64,000 nt of DNA from an uncultured virus (IMG/VR IMGVR_UViG_3300005253_000382) (IMGVR_UViG_3300005253_000382:1-64000), one strand, 5' to 3'. Positions 20,561 through 31,076 are shown, numbered from the stretch's first letter. The notes: generated by a model not told the origin, from the sequence alone. Numbers and translations: made by a program.

Positions 20561-21136
20561 TCATTTGGCATTACCTATTACCTCCTCTTTTATACGCTTA
20601 TTTTCCCAACGAAGTAGTCTAATCTCTTGTTTTAATTCTTGGATTTGCTTATCTTGTGCATCTTGAAAACCCTGCCTATACCCATCACGATAACCCTTGT
20701 TGTGCTGACGACTGTGAGAACCCGTAGTTGAGAGTTCCAAATTCTCGATTCGGTTATCGTCCTTAACCCCATTCTTATGATGTACTATCTCCCAGGATTG
20801 CAAGCATCTACCAAGATGCTTTGCCATAACGAGACGGTGTTCCCTTGTATACCTATCCTTTTTAATCATAGGCGCAAAGAAATCATCTTTATCTAACCAA
20901 ACCATTACATACCCATCAGTGTCATAAAAACGCCCACCCTTCCAATTTGAAGCCCTATCACCCTTGGGATAATCCTTATAATCACGATGCCTAGCAGAAC
21001 AACTCCTGCAACTATATTTATTGAGAAGTTTCTTAATGCAACTTAGCCATCTCTCCTTGCCACAATATATACAAACCACCCAAATTTGCCATCGTCCATT
21101 TTCATCTTTCCCAGTCTCCCCTAAGTGTGGCATCAA
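20561..21136 (-). CDS. HNH homing endonuclease
   Basis: WKGGR...EHRLVMAKHLGRCL..WEIVHHKNGVKDDNRIENL. Confidence 0.9.
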   Translation of the reverse strand: MMPHLGETGKDENGRWQIWVVCIYCGKERWLSCIKKLLNKYSCRSCSARHRDYKDYPKGDRASNWKGGRFYDTDGYVMVWLDKDDFFAPMIKKDRYTREHRLVMAKHLGRCLQSWEIVHHKNGVKDDNRIENLELSTTGSHSRQHNKGYRDGYRQGFQDAQDKQIQELKQEIRLLRWENKRIKEEVIGNAK

Positions 21137-22950
21137 CGCTGACCTCCGCCACCAAGTCCTTGTCCGCCTTGTATCCCCGAACTATTCTGTTGTACTAGAT
21201 TCCTTAATTGGTTATCTAAATCTTGTGCTGACCCAAGAGGTGCTCGGTTCGGAATCTCAGGAACTAAAGGTCTCTGTCCTTGAGATGTTCCCTGAGCTGG
21301 TTGTCCTTGAGGTGGTTGACCTTGCAATCCAACTTGTCCTAAAGCTTGCTGATATAACATAGCCATTGTCTGGTCTTTGATTTGATTATAAGAGGGCATC
21401 CTTCTTAAATTCTCTTTCTCCTGCTGTCTTCTCATCCTTTCTGGGTCAACATTGGACATTTGATTCCAAGTCCACTCCTGAGTAGTGATTCCATCCCCAC
21501 TATTCCACATCTTTAATAAAGAATCCTGCCGTCTATATTCATCCTCTTCAGAGATGGGTGCAAACTCAACATAATAATTAAGTGGCTCTCTGATTAAATC
21601 TTTTTTAACCACTACATCAAACTCATCTGTAGGTGTTTTAGTCCATATCTCGAAGTCACCTGGGATAACATTCTTTACTAACATCGCACATTTTGAAAGT
21701 ATCTGTGCCCAACCATTCTGGAAAGCAGGAGTAGCGTATTGATAAATAGCTGAAGCCTCAGCGATTATTAACCTTCGGTCAGCCCCACTTCTCACTCCAA
21801 CCTCAGAAAGTCCTCTAGCACTTCTAGGTGCAGCGTGAGCCGAAATATAGTCGTGAGTAGTGGCTAATTGTCTAAAGGAGGCCTCTGGGGGTACCTTGGA
21901 TTCCCAATCGTGAAACTCTACATCCTTATCTCCCACAGGCCAGTATTTGCCGTATTCCTGTTTGATTTCCCCAAGAGAACCAGCATCCGCCCCCGTGATA
22001 TATCCGCCCTTCATTGTTTCTCTCGCCATCAAGATATTGTTTAAACTATAGTTCATAGATTCAGAAACTAGAAGGTCATACATATATCTTAACAGGCCGA
22101 CATATCTATTTTCTGGCTTATTATTTGTATCCTCATCCCCAAGTCCAGATTCTATTAAAGTATAAGGGTTAAAGCCATATTTGTGGGCTACTACACCACC
22201 AGGGATTTTCAGCATAGACTCATTTTCCACAAACTCAGCCCTGTATTTGTCTGTCCAAAAAGAGAAGGTTTCTATCATATCATCAGGTTCTCTGCCTTTT
22301 TTATCCTTGAAGTGAGGCCAGATTCTTTTGACATCATATAATTTCCTCTTATACCACTCTATGACATAATAATCTCCCCCAGTATAGGGGTCGGGCATTA
22401 TGTGATACGGATTTATAGCCTTAATAACTATTGGAAGGGAAAGATGTTGCCCAGCCCGCCATTCATCCAATCTTACAGCGTAATTTTCTTTAGATTCACC
22501 GTCTTTTTGTTCGGGTTTATCTATCCACCTATCAGCGTCCCAGATGGTCTTAAAAACTGCTAATCCGTGCTTCCAGTAATGCTTTGCCCCGACATGGGCG
22601 GGAGCTATACGAGATTCTACATTTATCCCGTGAATTATCCCAAGACCTAATTTACGCAACATCTCGGCAGATTTCTTCCCGATTTCCGATGTTCCCTTTT
22701 TATTGGTGAAAACACGAGCATTAAAGATATTTGTGTGATTTATACCAGTATCCACGACATCTCTAGCCGTGGGCAGAACAACCCTGTCTTTCGCAAACTC
22801 ACCTGGAATATGCAGTTTTTTCTTAAAATCTAAATTATAGAAGTTCTCATCCCATTCATAGCAAGTTCTCAGCTTAGAATAGTATTTCTTACAGAATTCA
22901 AACTGCTCTAAAATGCTTTCTTTGGTAGGCTTTTCATCACGCTTCGGCAT
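21133..22950 (-). CDS. Portal protein
   Basis: 605 aa after terminase; Q/G-rich C-terminal tail typical of podovirus portals. Confidence 0.7.
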   Translation of the reverse strand: MPKRDEKPTKESILEQFEFCKKYYSKLRTCYEWDENFYNLDFKKKLHIPGEFAKDRVVLPTARDVVDTGINHTNIFNARVFTNKKGTSEIGKKSAEMLRKLGLGIIHGINVESRIAPAHVGAKHYWKHGLAVFKTIWDADRWIDKPEQKDGESKENYAVRLDEWRAGQHLSLPIVIKAINPYHIMPDPYTGGDYYVIEWYKRKLYDVKRIWPHFKDKKGREPDDMIETFSFWTDKYRAEFVENESMLKIPGGVVAHKYGFNPYTLIESGLGDEDTNNKPENRYVGLLRYMYDLLVSESMNYSLNNILMARETMKGGYITGADAGSLGEIKQEYGKYWPVGDKDVEFHDWESKVPPEASFRQLATTHDYISAHAAPRSARGLSEVGVRSGADRRLIIAEASAIYQYATPAFQNGWAQILSKCAMLVKNVIPGDFEIWTKTPTDEFDVVVKKDLIREPLNYYVEFAPISEEDEYRRQDSLLKMWNSGDGITTQEWTWNQMSNVDPERMRRQQEKENLRRMPSYNQIKDQTMAMLYQQALGQVGLQGQPPQGQPAQGTSQGQRPLVPEIPNRAPLGSAQDLDNQLRNLVQQNSSGIQGGQGLGGGGQR

Positions 22951-22958
22951 ATATCCTC

Positions 22959-23153
22959 CTAGTTTATCGCTATACCCTGAGAGCGGAGATATTTCAGCAT
23001 CTCCGATTCCATTTCCTCAACGCACTCTTGCGGTAGTTTGTGGTCTTCTGAATATTCGATAAAGTGTGCACCACCCAATCTGCTATAAGTCCCATCACAA
23101 TAATTGGTTATGACTCCCCTTATTATCCTCTGTATCTCTTCCTGTTTGACCAT
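22959..23153 (-). CDS. Hypothetical protein
   Basis: Small ORF between terL and portal, TAATG coupling. Confidence 0.55.
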   Translation of the reverse strand: MVKQEEIQRIIRGVITNYCDGTYSRLGGAHFIEYSEDHKLPQECVEEMESEMLKYLRSQGIAIN

Positions 23154-24778
23154 TAACTTACCCCCTGTAATTGTCTATCTATAAGTTTCTGTATCACTGG
23201 TGGGACATCTTTTTCTCCAAAAGTTAATGTCTCAATGGGTTTTAAGATTTCCTGCTTCATATCCCTCTTTTTCAAAAGGCATATCCCTGTCATTATAACA
23301 TAGTCATCGTGAGTTGAGGACATTGCTTCTATTTTACCATTTTTGTTGGAGTTTCTTATCATATTAAAGAAATGCCTCAATCCCTGTTCGTTGTAAATCC
23401 TTATTTGCATATCGTTTATACCAGAAATCAAACCACCGAATAAGTCCGTCCTTGACTTTTCATTAGTAGAAAACCCTATCTTTGAAAGCATCTCGGGTCT
23501 GTCAAGTTGACTCCAAGTAATATCTCCCTTATGACCTAATTTCTTATATCCCAATTCAACAGCTTTCTTTATGACAATTCTCCCACCACCAGCGACATTA
23601 TTCTCAATCCACCACCAAGGGTTTTTGTAATGCTTTAAAAGTTCCACAGAATACTCGGTGAATTCGTCAGGCTCTAACTTATTAGACATAATATCAGCCA
23701 CCATATCACCGTGTTCGTCCATTACCCCTGTAACCGAAAAGTCCGCACCAACCCCCCAACTAACATCAGAAGAGGCGACATACTTATTCCCAACATGATA
23801 ATCTTTATAAATATGAATCGAGTCGTCCAATTCCCATCCTTCGTTTATATGCCCCCTGACATCCTGCATCATTAGATTAAGAACCTTCTTATCAAACACC
23901 GCTACAGATTCAGCCGTAGAAAGAGCTTCTTCTATAGAATGAGGATAATTTTTAGCCATATAAAGAGTAGGACTTAATTTGGCTAAATCTCTTTCGGGGA
24001 TAGTTCGCATGGTCTCTTCATACCATTTTTCATCCCTATCAGGTATAACATCCCAAGAGAAAAAAAGAGGATAGAAACCGTTTTTCTTTTTAAGAGCATC
24101 CTCAAAGATAGCTGTTGCCAAATTATCGTTCCCAAACGGGTCTGCGGTGAAAATTGAAATAACCTGCCCGCCGCCGTCTATAGTTGGTTTGGCATGGGTA
24201 TAATTCGTATCAGCGTATTCATGCTTGGCGTGTTCATCCCATACTAAGATAGAAGCTGTCTCCCCAATCCCAGCCGAGGTCGTTGAGGGTAATGCCTTGA
24301 TAACACTTTTAATAACAGGAAAACCTATCGCTTCTTTTGAGTCGGGGTCTAATTTGAATTTCAAAAATTTGGGTAATTGGTCATAAACATTTCTGCACTT
24401 TTGTAAAAGAGCCTTCGCCTCATCCTGTCCCTGAGAGAATAAAAGAACATTCGCCCCTATATGACCCAAAGCATACCAGGTTACATAAACAGCAATTGTC
24501 GTTGATAAACCTATCTGGCGAGCCTTTAAGACAGAGATGTGCTTTTCCCTTAAAAGGGTGGCAATCGTTTCTTGTGTATGTTCCCACATCTCTAAAGGAA
24601 CAATACTCTCACTTACTTGTCCTGGCATTGGGGGTCGGATAATCCTCGCCCACTTCAGAAAATGTAAAAAGTCAAGCTGACAGATAGCCCTTTCGTGTTC
24701 CCAAACTTCTCTGTCTTCTGGGGTTAAATCTGTCTCTTCTTTATAAGCACAATTAGTCAGGATTTCTTCATAGTTCAT
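23153..24778 (-). CDS. terL: Terminase large subunit
   Basis: Walker A LKARQIGLST, Walker B ILVWDE, nuclease motifs SSDVSWG and HDDYV. Confidence 0.92.
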   Translation of the reverse strand: MNYEEILTNCAYKEETDLTPEDREVWEHERAICQLDFLHFLKWARIIRPPMPGQVSESIVPLEMWEHTQETIATLLREKHISVLKARQIGLSTTIAVYVTWYALGHIGANVLLFSQGQDEAKALLQKCRNVYDQLPKFLKFKLDPDSKEAIGFPVIKSVIKALPSTTSAGIGETASILVWDEHAKHEYADTNYTHAKPTIDGGGQVISIFTADPFGNDNLATAIFEDALKKKNGFYPLFFSWDVIPDRDEKWYEETMRTIPERDLAKLSPTLYMAKNYPHSIEEALSTAESVAVFDKKVLNLMMQDVRGHINEGWELDDSIHIYKDYHVGNKYVASSDVSWGVGADFSVTGVMDEHGDMVADIMSNKLEPDEFTEYSVELLKHYKNPWWWIENNVAGGGRIVIKKAVELGYKKLGHKGDITWSQLDRPEMLSKIGFSTNEKSRTDLFGGLISGINDMQIRIYNEQGLRHFFNMIRNSNKNGKIEAMSSTHDDYVIMTGICLLKKRDMKQEILKPIETLTFGEKDVPPVIQKLIDRQLQGVS

Positions 24779-24783
24779 TTTTT

Positions 24784-25769
24784 TTATATTTGCCTACCAG
24801 CAAAGCCCATCCCTACTTCCCGTAATTCTACCTTTAATTCTTTGGGTATACTATCCCACGCTAATTCAGTCGCTTCGTAAGTCTTTTCAGGACTCGTGCT
24901 GTGCATATATAAAATGAATGTCTGCAACTTGGAATCAAAACAAAGTATGCGTCCCGCAACCCCTAACTCCACCACGTTAAGGCAATCTCTTAACTTCTGA
25001 TATAATATATCTTCGTAATTCATATCAATGGTATAGTTGCTATCTCAAGCAATGACCTTACCGCCAAAAGAAGCCGATAATACTCCAAAAGCGATTATTT
25101 ATTTGCTTATCCCAAAACTTCACCGCACAATTTATCATCTTTTCCATTTCTCCTCCTTAATTAAAGATTCAGTTGCTACATAGCCAGCCCTGAGCATATC
25201 TTGTTGAGCCTTATCATGCGCCATGTAAAACGGATACCATCTAGCGTTTGGATTATCACCCCATCCATTATACCTGTTCTTCAGGCAACTCCCTATCTAC
25301 CTTTATCACTACTCCTCGAGAATCCATATCCTTAAAGTGTTGTGTTATGAAATCCTCGTTGCTAGCACAAAAAGCAGGAGCTTCTCTATTCAGTGGATTA
25401 TACCAGCAGTCAGCCACAACACCCATAACCTTCTGAATGGCCTTACAGTGTTGGCAAAATAAATACTGAGTTGCTTCCCTTATCTCTTCTCGATTAGTCA
25501 TCTTATCCGCTTTAACTTAACCACCCCCATAGTTTATAAAACCATCCATACCTTTCCCTTAAATAATGGTGATAAGCTACATACTCAGCTTCAATTTTCA
25601 TCCACATCAACCCCTCTCTAATATGTTTGATATAAGTCTCTGATGTATCCATTATTTCTCCCTTATGTAAAGTAAGCCTAAAATATGATAAAAATTTACC
25701 TGCTTGATTAACAATATAATAACCCCATCTCGTGTGCCCAACCCACTTCCCGAATAGTCCTTCACTCAC
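24784..25769 (-). other. Cluster of small hypothetical genes between terS and terL (24784-25023, 25268-25501, 25512-~25652 and others)
   Basis: Several 40-85 aa ORFs with SD sequences. Confidence 0.5.
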
Positions 25770-26132
25770 AACTGATACACACTACAACAGGCTAGTAACT
25801 GACGGATTAGTAACCTGGTATCCCTAGCTTCATTCTATTCTCCTATGGGACGCACTATATATGTAAACTTGCTGGGCTGAGGGTTTGCACCCTTCTTTGG
25901 TTTACTACGACAATCCCTACAGATACGATAGGTTGCGGTGTCGGTGCCACCATTGAATACAAAGTCCCTGCCGCATTGAGCACATACTACCCACATATCT
26001 CCTCCTTAATACTCAGGTACGATATTACCGTCTGCATCCAGCTCTTGGGTCTTAACAACAGGTCTTAACACACGCTGTTTTAGCCTCAGATTGCGCATAT
26101 AGTCCTTCATATATGTACGCTGATAGTCTTTC

Positions 26133-26504
26133 TTAGCTTGTCCCTTCAACATTATACTTCTCCTTCAGCTCCCGGGTACCATTCATTGCGCCTGTAAGCC
26201 GTTTCTGGGCTTGTTCTAAGAGTTCGGGTGTTGTATGAGCCATAATGCCCAATGTTAGCCTGGTTTCAGTTACCTTACCATCAGTGCGGTCTATGTATTC
26301 CCTTATAGCAGACATATCCCCTCGAATAGCCAGGGCATAGAGTGTATCAGCTACTTTCTTGTTGTCCTCTGGGTTTCTATTCTTTAAGAGTGTAGTAACT
26401 GAACTCTTTGGCCTGCCGTTAGGATTACCAGATTGACCAGGCTGCCATCCCTTAGCTGGATCGGGGTTTTTATAACCATAATCATTGCTATTTCGTTGTA
26501 CCAT
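26133..26504 (-). CDS. terS: Terminase small subunit-like protein (DUF5681-type N-terminus)
   Basis: WQPGQSGNPNGRPK motif; AIREYIDRTDGK; likely ATG at 26504, 6 nt after TGTGGTATAAT. Confidence 0.7.
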   Translation of the reverse strand: MVQRNSNDYGYKNPDPAKGWQPGQSGNPNGRPKSSVTTLLKNRNPEDNKKVADTLYALAIRGDMSAIREYIDRTDGKVTETRLTLGIMAHTTPELLEQAQKRLTGAMNGTRELKEKYNVEGTS

Positions 26505-26593
26505 TATCTTATTATACCACAAACAGATTAAAAACACATTTCAGAACAGATTAGGCACAAAATAAATATTCAGCTCACGCCTAGGGGGGGGTA

Positions 26594-26622
26594 TTGACAG
26601 CCTGACTAGACTATAGTAAAAT
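26594..26622 (+). promoter_or_regulatory. Sigma70-type promoter for plus-strand early island
   Basis: TTGACA-17 bp-TAAAAT. Confidence 0.75.
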
Positions 26623-26859
26623 GAGACTAGAATAAACAAAGGGGGCAAGGCGATGACAACAATCAACAAGCATTATATCTTACACCTTGCAGACGAAGAT
26701 GGCACAATTCTCGATAGTATCGACCTCTTCGAGTACAACCTTGATAAATCCATAGCACAGAGTGATATTTGCCATACCATACAATATGCCATTGAGGTTT
26801 GGGAACAACAGCAAGAGAAAAAAGGCAGCTAACCTAACAAATAGAATAAAGGAGGGATA

Positions 26860-27054
26860 ATGAAAAAAGGTAGCTTAGAAGGGCTAGCCTTGGATAGAAT
26901 AAAAGAATTATTAGAAGTGATTGAGCGTTCCATAACAAGAGAATGTGCGGACAAAGGCGAAGAACTTAAATCTGGCACTCACTTGTGTGATATTTCGGTA
27001 GCTAATACTGATGCCAAAAGATGGGTTAGGGCATTACTGGAAGAACTGACATAG
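26860..27054 (+). CDS. Hypothetical protein
   Basis: AAGGAGG SD. Confidence 0.65.
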   Translation: MKKGSLEGLALDRIKELLEVIERSITRECADKGEELKSGTHLCDISVANTDAKRWVRALLEELT

Positions 27055-27494
27055 GCGAACTATGAAGTAGCGAGTGATATTGAACTTAATATATGAAATA
27101 GCACCTTAACAATTGAATAGAGCCTGCTGGTGTCCTGTATATCGGTAATCCAGCTTGGATGATAGCTGATGAGCCAAAGGCACAAGCCCTCAATGTCCGT
27201 CTAGTTCAAAATAGCTAACCGCTTGACTATCTGGCCGGGGGTTGAGGTCCCCGGTCAGCCGTGAGGCGGTAAGTAAATAAAGGAGGGATGAGATGCCACT
27301 AACACCTGAACAACAAGAGTTTGTTAAGGAAGTAGATGAGTTCAAGATTCAATCACACAATGTACTAAAGGAAGCCCGGGAATTAGATGCTAAAGCCATA
27401 TCTATTATCAAACGCTTTAACAAGCTTGAGAAAATAATTAAGGATATGGCAAAGGAACACGGATTATAATACTCTAGCTGAGGAGGTTTAGAAG

Positions 27495-27707
27495 ATGACC
27501 CCGGAAAAGCGATATAAGAAATACCTGAAAGACCTGATTACTCAAGTAGAAATTCATCTTACTGATATAGATAAAATTATGAAACTACCTGAGAGCAACA
27601 AGAGAGGTCAACTTATCGCCAAATCGTGTAATAACTTGGATTTGGTGAAAGATATGGCAAGGCACTTTGGACTTGGTTTGCCCTTCAAAAAGAAAGTAGC
27701 ACCTTAA
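27495..27707 (+). CDS. Hypothetical protein
   Basis: GAGGAGG SD. Confidence 0.65.
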   Translation: MTPEKRYKKYLKDLITQVEIHLTDIDKIMKLPESNKRGQLIAKSCNNLDLVKDMARHFGLGLPFKKKVAP

Positions 27708-27884
27708 CAATTGAATGTTAAGGAAAGGAAGGGAAGATGTCGCCAACAATGATTAGGTATCTCAGGGACAATTACTGCCTACAGTTTGGACATTGTAAGC
27801 TCCGTTCTCACCCTTGCATCAAGAACCTGGAGGAAGTGAGGGTTGTATGTATGGAGTGTAAGAAATTATCGAGAGGAGGTTAGT

Positions 27885-27917
27885 ATGAAGAAGTATCAGA
27901 TAATATATGCTGAAAGG
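27885..27917 (+). repeat. Cassette 5' arm (MT-A70 N-terminus-like, MKKYQIIYA)
   Basis: ATGAAGAAGTATCAGATAATATATGCTGAAAGG; related copies at 29128(+), 36399-36421(-), 37571-37597(-). Confidence 0.8.
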
Positions 27918-27927
27918 GGAAGGTTTA

Positions 27928-28353
27928 ATGTTTGAAGTTAAATATAAGGCGCTGAGTTTTAAGCAACCTTGGGCGTGGTTGATGTGTAAGGGATTTAAGG
28001 ATATAGAGAATCGGAATTGGCAAACAAGATTCAGGGGGCGGATTTATGTCCACGCTAGTAAATCGCAATCAGATATGGACAAGGAGACTCTAGCTTTTAT
28101 GCTGAAACGATTGTCGAACAGGCAAGCTAGTGAGTTTATGCTTGCTTATAGCCGATTGACTTTTGGGGCGATAATAGGCGAGCTAAATATTACTGGATGT
28201 GTGGATTTACACCCTAGCCCGTGGTTCTTTGGAAAGTATGGTTTTATGGTTAGCGAGCCAGTCCTTTATGACAAGCCAATCCCGTGTAGGGGTAAACCTA
28301 GTTTTTTCACCCCAGAGCTAACTGAAGTGAGTATCTTTAAGTTGGGGCAATGA
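27928..28353 (+). CDS. ASCH domain protein
   Basis: KALSFKQPWAWL...GFKDIENRNW.T.FRGRIYVHAS; GAIIG; P.RGK. Confidence 0.9.
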   Translation: MFEVKYKALSFKQPWAWLMCKGFKDIENRNWQTRFRGRIYVHASKSQSDMDKETLAFMLKRLSNRQASEFMLAYSRLTFGAIIGELNITGCVDLHPSPWFFGKYGFMVSEPVLYDKPIPCRGKPSFFTPELTEVSIFKLGQ

Positions 28354-28372
28354 AGTAGAGAGTGATATAGAA
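28339..28372 (+). repeat. Cassette 3' arm (MT-A70 C-terminus-like, WGNEVESDIE)
   Basis: AAGTTGGGGCAATGAAGTAGAGAGTGATATAGAA identical (34 nt) to 36181-36214 on the minus strand. Confidence 0.85.
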
Positions 28373-28388
28373 ATTAAAGGAGGTCAAG

Positions 28389-28664
28389 ATGACAGATAAA
28401 CTGGTGGAGAAGTGCTTGTTGACACCTGAAGAAATGAAAGAGGCGTGGCTAAAAGCCTGTAGAGAGAATACTACACTAGATATGCTCAACTATCCGCAGG
28501 TCATAACCAAAGATCAACTAATCAAGGCCATCCCCATCATAGCCGAGGAGATAAAGAGGGAGTTGGAGTTAGAAAGCTACGGAGACCCTAGAGTTACTGA
28601 TTGGGTAAAAATCTCTTATAGTGATTGGCACACATTCTGGGAAAAATATAAAGGAGGTAAATGA
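28389..28664 (+). CDS. Hypothetical protein
   Basis: AAGGAGG SD; LLTPEE...KDQLIKA small phage family also seen at 34633. Confidence 0.65.
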   Translation: MTDKLVEKCLLTPEEMKEAWLKACRENTTLDMLNYPQVITKDQLIKAIPIIAEEIKRELELESYGDPRVTDWVKISYSDWHTFWEKYKGGK

Positions 28665-29095
28665 TGCAAGAGACTAAACAATTAGAGGAACAAATCAAGG
28701 TGGTGGCTGAGGCGAGACAACGGGCACAGAATGCAGTAGCAGTTAAGACCGCCTGTCAAAGAGAATGGGTGGACGAGAACAAAGATATGCTTGACATTGT
28801 TGTTGCTGTAGCACAAGAAGTAACCGAAGCCGAAGTCAAGCTCCGAGAACTCACACTCCAAGCCTATGCTGAGACCGGCAACAAAGCACCGGCAGTAGGT
28901 GTGGGTATCAGGGAAGTAACCAAGCTAGACTATGATGGCAAGGTTGCCTTTGACTGGGCTAAGTCGCACAAGATGGCATTGAAACTAGATGTATCAGCCT
29001 TTGAGAAGATAGCGAAGGCAGACACACCTGATTTTGTCAAAATCACTACTGAACCACAGGCTACAATAGCTACTGAACTTAATAAGGTGGAGTAA
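28661..29095 (+). CDS. Hypothetical coiled-coil protein (Gp157/Gam-like architecture, tentative)
   Basis: Coiled coil followed by a KLD.S.F.K beta module. Confidence 0.45.
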   Translation: MMQETKQLEEQIKVVAEARQRAQNAVAVKTACQREWVDENKDMLDIVVAVAQEVTEAEVKLRELTLQAYAETGNKAPAVGVGIREVTKLDYDGKVAFDWAKSHKMALKLDVSAFEKIAKADTPDFVKITTEPQATIATELNKVE

Positions 29096-29161
29096 ACGAA
29101 CCCATAATCGCCATGAGAGCGAGGTAGAGAAGTATCAGATATATGCTGAAAGGAGGAGGAA

Positions 29162-29437
29162 TTGAAAGAACTTGAACTTGAAGACCTTACTAAGCAAGAG
29201 TTAATAGAGTTAATCAAAAACAATATATACTTTGTTTTCAGTTTCAAACAGCGTGACCTCATAGAGATTAAATGGAAATCGAAGAATAAGGAAGCTAGTA
29301 GAATTATGGGCGAAGCCGTAGAGGAGCAAGCTCTTTACTCAGAGGGAACAGATATGACCAGTCTTGCAAAATGGGATGAGGCAAGCCCTAGCCAAAGCAG
29401 AATAATCACGCACTACAATCTAGGAAAGAGCCGGTGA
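29162..29437 (+). CDS. Hypothetical protein following a cassette 5' arm
   Basis: TTG start after AAGGAGGAGG. Confidence 0.6.
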   Translation: MKELELEDLTKQELIELIKNNIYFVFSFKQRDLIEIKWKSKNKEASRIMGEAVEEQALYSEGTDMTSLAKWDEASPSQSRIITHYNLGKSR

Positions 29438-29457
29438 GTCATATCGGCTTTTTCTTT
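29425..29457. terminator. Bidirectional terminator between convergent blocks
   Basis: AAAGAGCCG...CGGCTTTTTCTTT. Confidence 0.6.
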
Positions 29458-29472
29458 ACCTTCCAAGCCCAC

Positions 29473-29703
29473 TTAGTGCTTGGTTACACGAGAGGCATAC
29501 TCGTCAAATAGCTCCCTGATTTTATTCTTTTCTGCCCACGGAGGCGGTTCCTTATACTCAGCTATACATTCAGACCAGGGGCAATTCAAACATTCTCCCT
29601 TAACCTTGACAATCTTACCGTTTATCACCTTTTTAATGAGGTAATGTTTACAACCCTGATAGTCTTTATATGTGGGTTCTATGTCTTTCTTTTCAGTAAT
29701 CAT
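29473..29703 (-). CDS. Hypothetical Cys-rich protein
   Basis: GC...CLNCPWSEC. Confidence 0.55.
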   Translation of the reverse strand: MITEKKDIEPTYKDYQGCKHYLIKKVINGKIVKVKGECLNCPWSECIAEYKEPPPWAEKNKIRELFDEYASRVTKH

Positions 29704-29822
29704 TGTCCATCTTTCACCACACAGTTCTCATCTACTATAACCTGGGCATAATAAAGTAAAAGCTCCAATACAGTCGGTCCTCTAGGTTTTTAGTCCCGGC
29801 ATCTTTTACTTTAGGCATAGCC

Positions 29823-30131
29823 TTAATGTTTTCGCTCCAATATCGTGACGATGCGTCTAGTTGTTTCAATCCCCATGTTGATAGTCTTATTCATTGATTC
29901 CATGTTTCCCTGCATCAGCATCACACCTTGCTGTATTTCGGCATGTTGTTTGTCATTTTGTTTAATTAGGGTAGCAACATCGTCAACCAAATGGTGAAAA
30001 TCGTTTGTTAGAAATTTCCTCCATTCTTTCTGGAAGTCACGAAAGTCCTTTCCCAATTTCTCGACGGGGTCTTTCTTCTTTTCCTCGCTCATTGTCCTAG
30101 CTCCTTTTTTTTTATAGCACCTTTTTATCAA
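29823..30131 (-). CDS. Hypothetical coiled-coil protein
   Basis: Likely start MSEEKK after AAGGAG. Confidence 0.6.
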   Translation of the reverse strand: MIKRCYKKKGARTMSEEKKKDPVEKLGKDFRDFQKEWRKFLTNDFHHLVDDVATLIKQNDKQHAEIQQGVMLMQGNMESMNKTINMGIETTRRIVTILERKH

Positions 30132-30188
30132 GTCTGTCTAACTTGATAAACTTGTCAGCCCTGACAATCTGTAGCTAGTATAACACAT

Positions 30189-30327
30189 TTGACCAAAAGT
30201 CAACACCTGGAGCAATTATTTTGTGCCTGAGTGAAAATATTTTTGGTGATTTTCTTACTTTTTCTCACTATTCCTTACATTTTCGGGGTATTTTGAGTAA
30301 AAAGTCAAGTTATTGACACTTTGTCAA
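30189..30327. promoter_or_regulatory. Divergent promoter region with two TTGAC-N5-GTCAA palindromes
   Basis: TTGACCAAAAGTCAA 30189-30203; TTGACACTTTGTCAA 30313-30327. Confidence 0.55.
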
Positions 30328-30384
30328 CCATATCTTGACATCCCCTAGTTTAGGAGTATGATCCACATTAAAGGGGGTGATATT

Positions 30385-30708
30385 ATGGCAGAGACACCAA
30401 CAATTAGTTGGGCTGGAACATCCGGGGAAAAGTACCTCTACTGGATTTATGCAATTGGAACCTCTTTTAAAGCTGAACCTGGTAACTATATCTTCGCCAA
30501 AGAAACCAAACCCAATACATGGGCACCAGTTTATATTGGTCAAACGGGCAACCTCAGTGAACGCTTAAATAACCATGATGAAATGCCATGTATCAAGCGA
30601 AATGGGGGCACCCATATACATGCCCATATCAATAATGCTGGGGAAACTACACGTTTAGCAGAAGAAAGAGACTTGGTTTCAAAATGGTCGCCTCCCTGTA
30701 ATGGATAA
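30385..30708 (+). CDS. GIY-YIG nuclease family protein (moron-like)
   Basis: PGNYIF...VYIGQTGNLSERL...EERDL; own promoter TTGACA-16-TATGAT at 30335-30362. Confidence 0.8.
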   Translation: MAETPTISWAGTSGEKYLYWIYAIGTSFKAEPGNYIFAKETKPNTWAPVYIGQTGNLSERLNNHDEMPCIKRNGGTHIHAHINNAGETTRLAEERDLVSKWSPPCNG

Positions 30709-31076
30709 ACAGACTAACTAATAACATCAGGTTTATTTGTTTCATCAACAATTGTGCCAGGCGGATTACCAAGACACGTTTCAACTGCGTGACCGTTCCT
30801 ATCTAGCCACTCTAAGAAGTCATCCATTTTGCTGTCAGGAACGGTATACTCCATACTGTTGTTGATAAGTAGATGATTACTAGGCATACTTTCACCTCCT
30901 TTCTACGTGTGTCAAGGGGAACATCACCGCAGGTTAGTAATACTTCAGGATAGTTCATTTTCCCTCTGAGGTGTTACGATTGGAATAACCAGTCGCCAAC
31001 ACCTAGAGCAAAATCTTATAATATCGCATGTAATCCATAAATGGCCGTATCCGCATATAGGGCAAATTCTTATCAT

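Noticed and set aside
412..21362. Numerous short plus-strand ORFs over module A (likewise over module B)
   Set aside because: Antisense shadows of long minus-strand genes; no SDs or motifs.
25871..25895. T-arm-like AGGGTGCAAACCCT
   Set aside because: Lies within a small minus-strand Zn-ribbon ORF (MWVVCAQCGRDF...); no other tRNA arms.
27123..27190. Possible hammerhead ribozyme (CTGATGAG-CCAAAGGC)
   Set aside because: The required GAAA after stem II is absent (ACAA), and stems I/III cannot be drawn convincingly.
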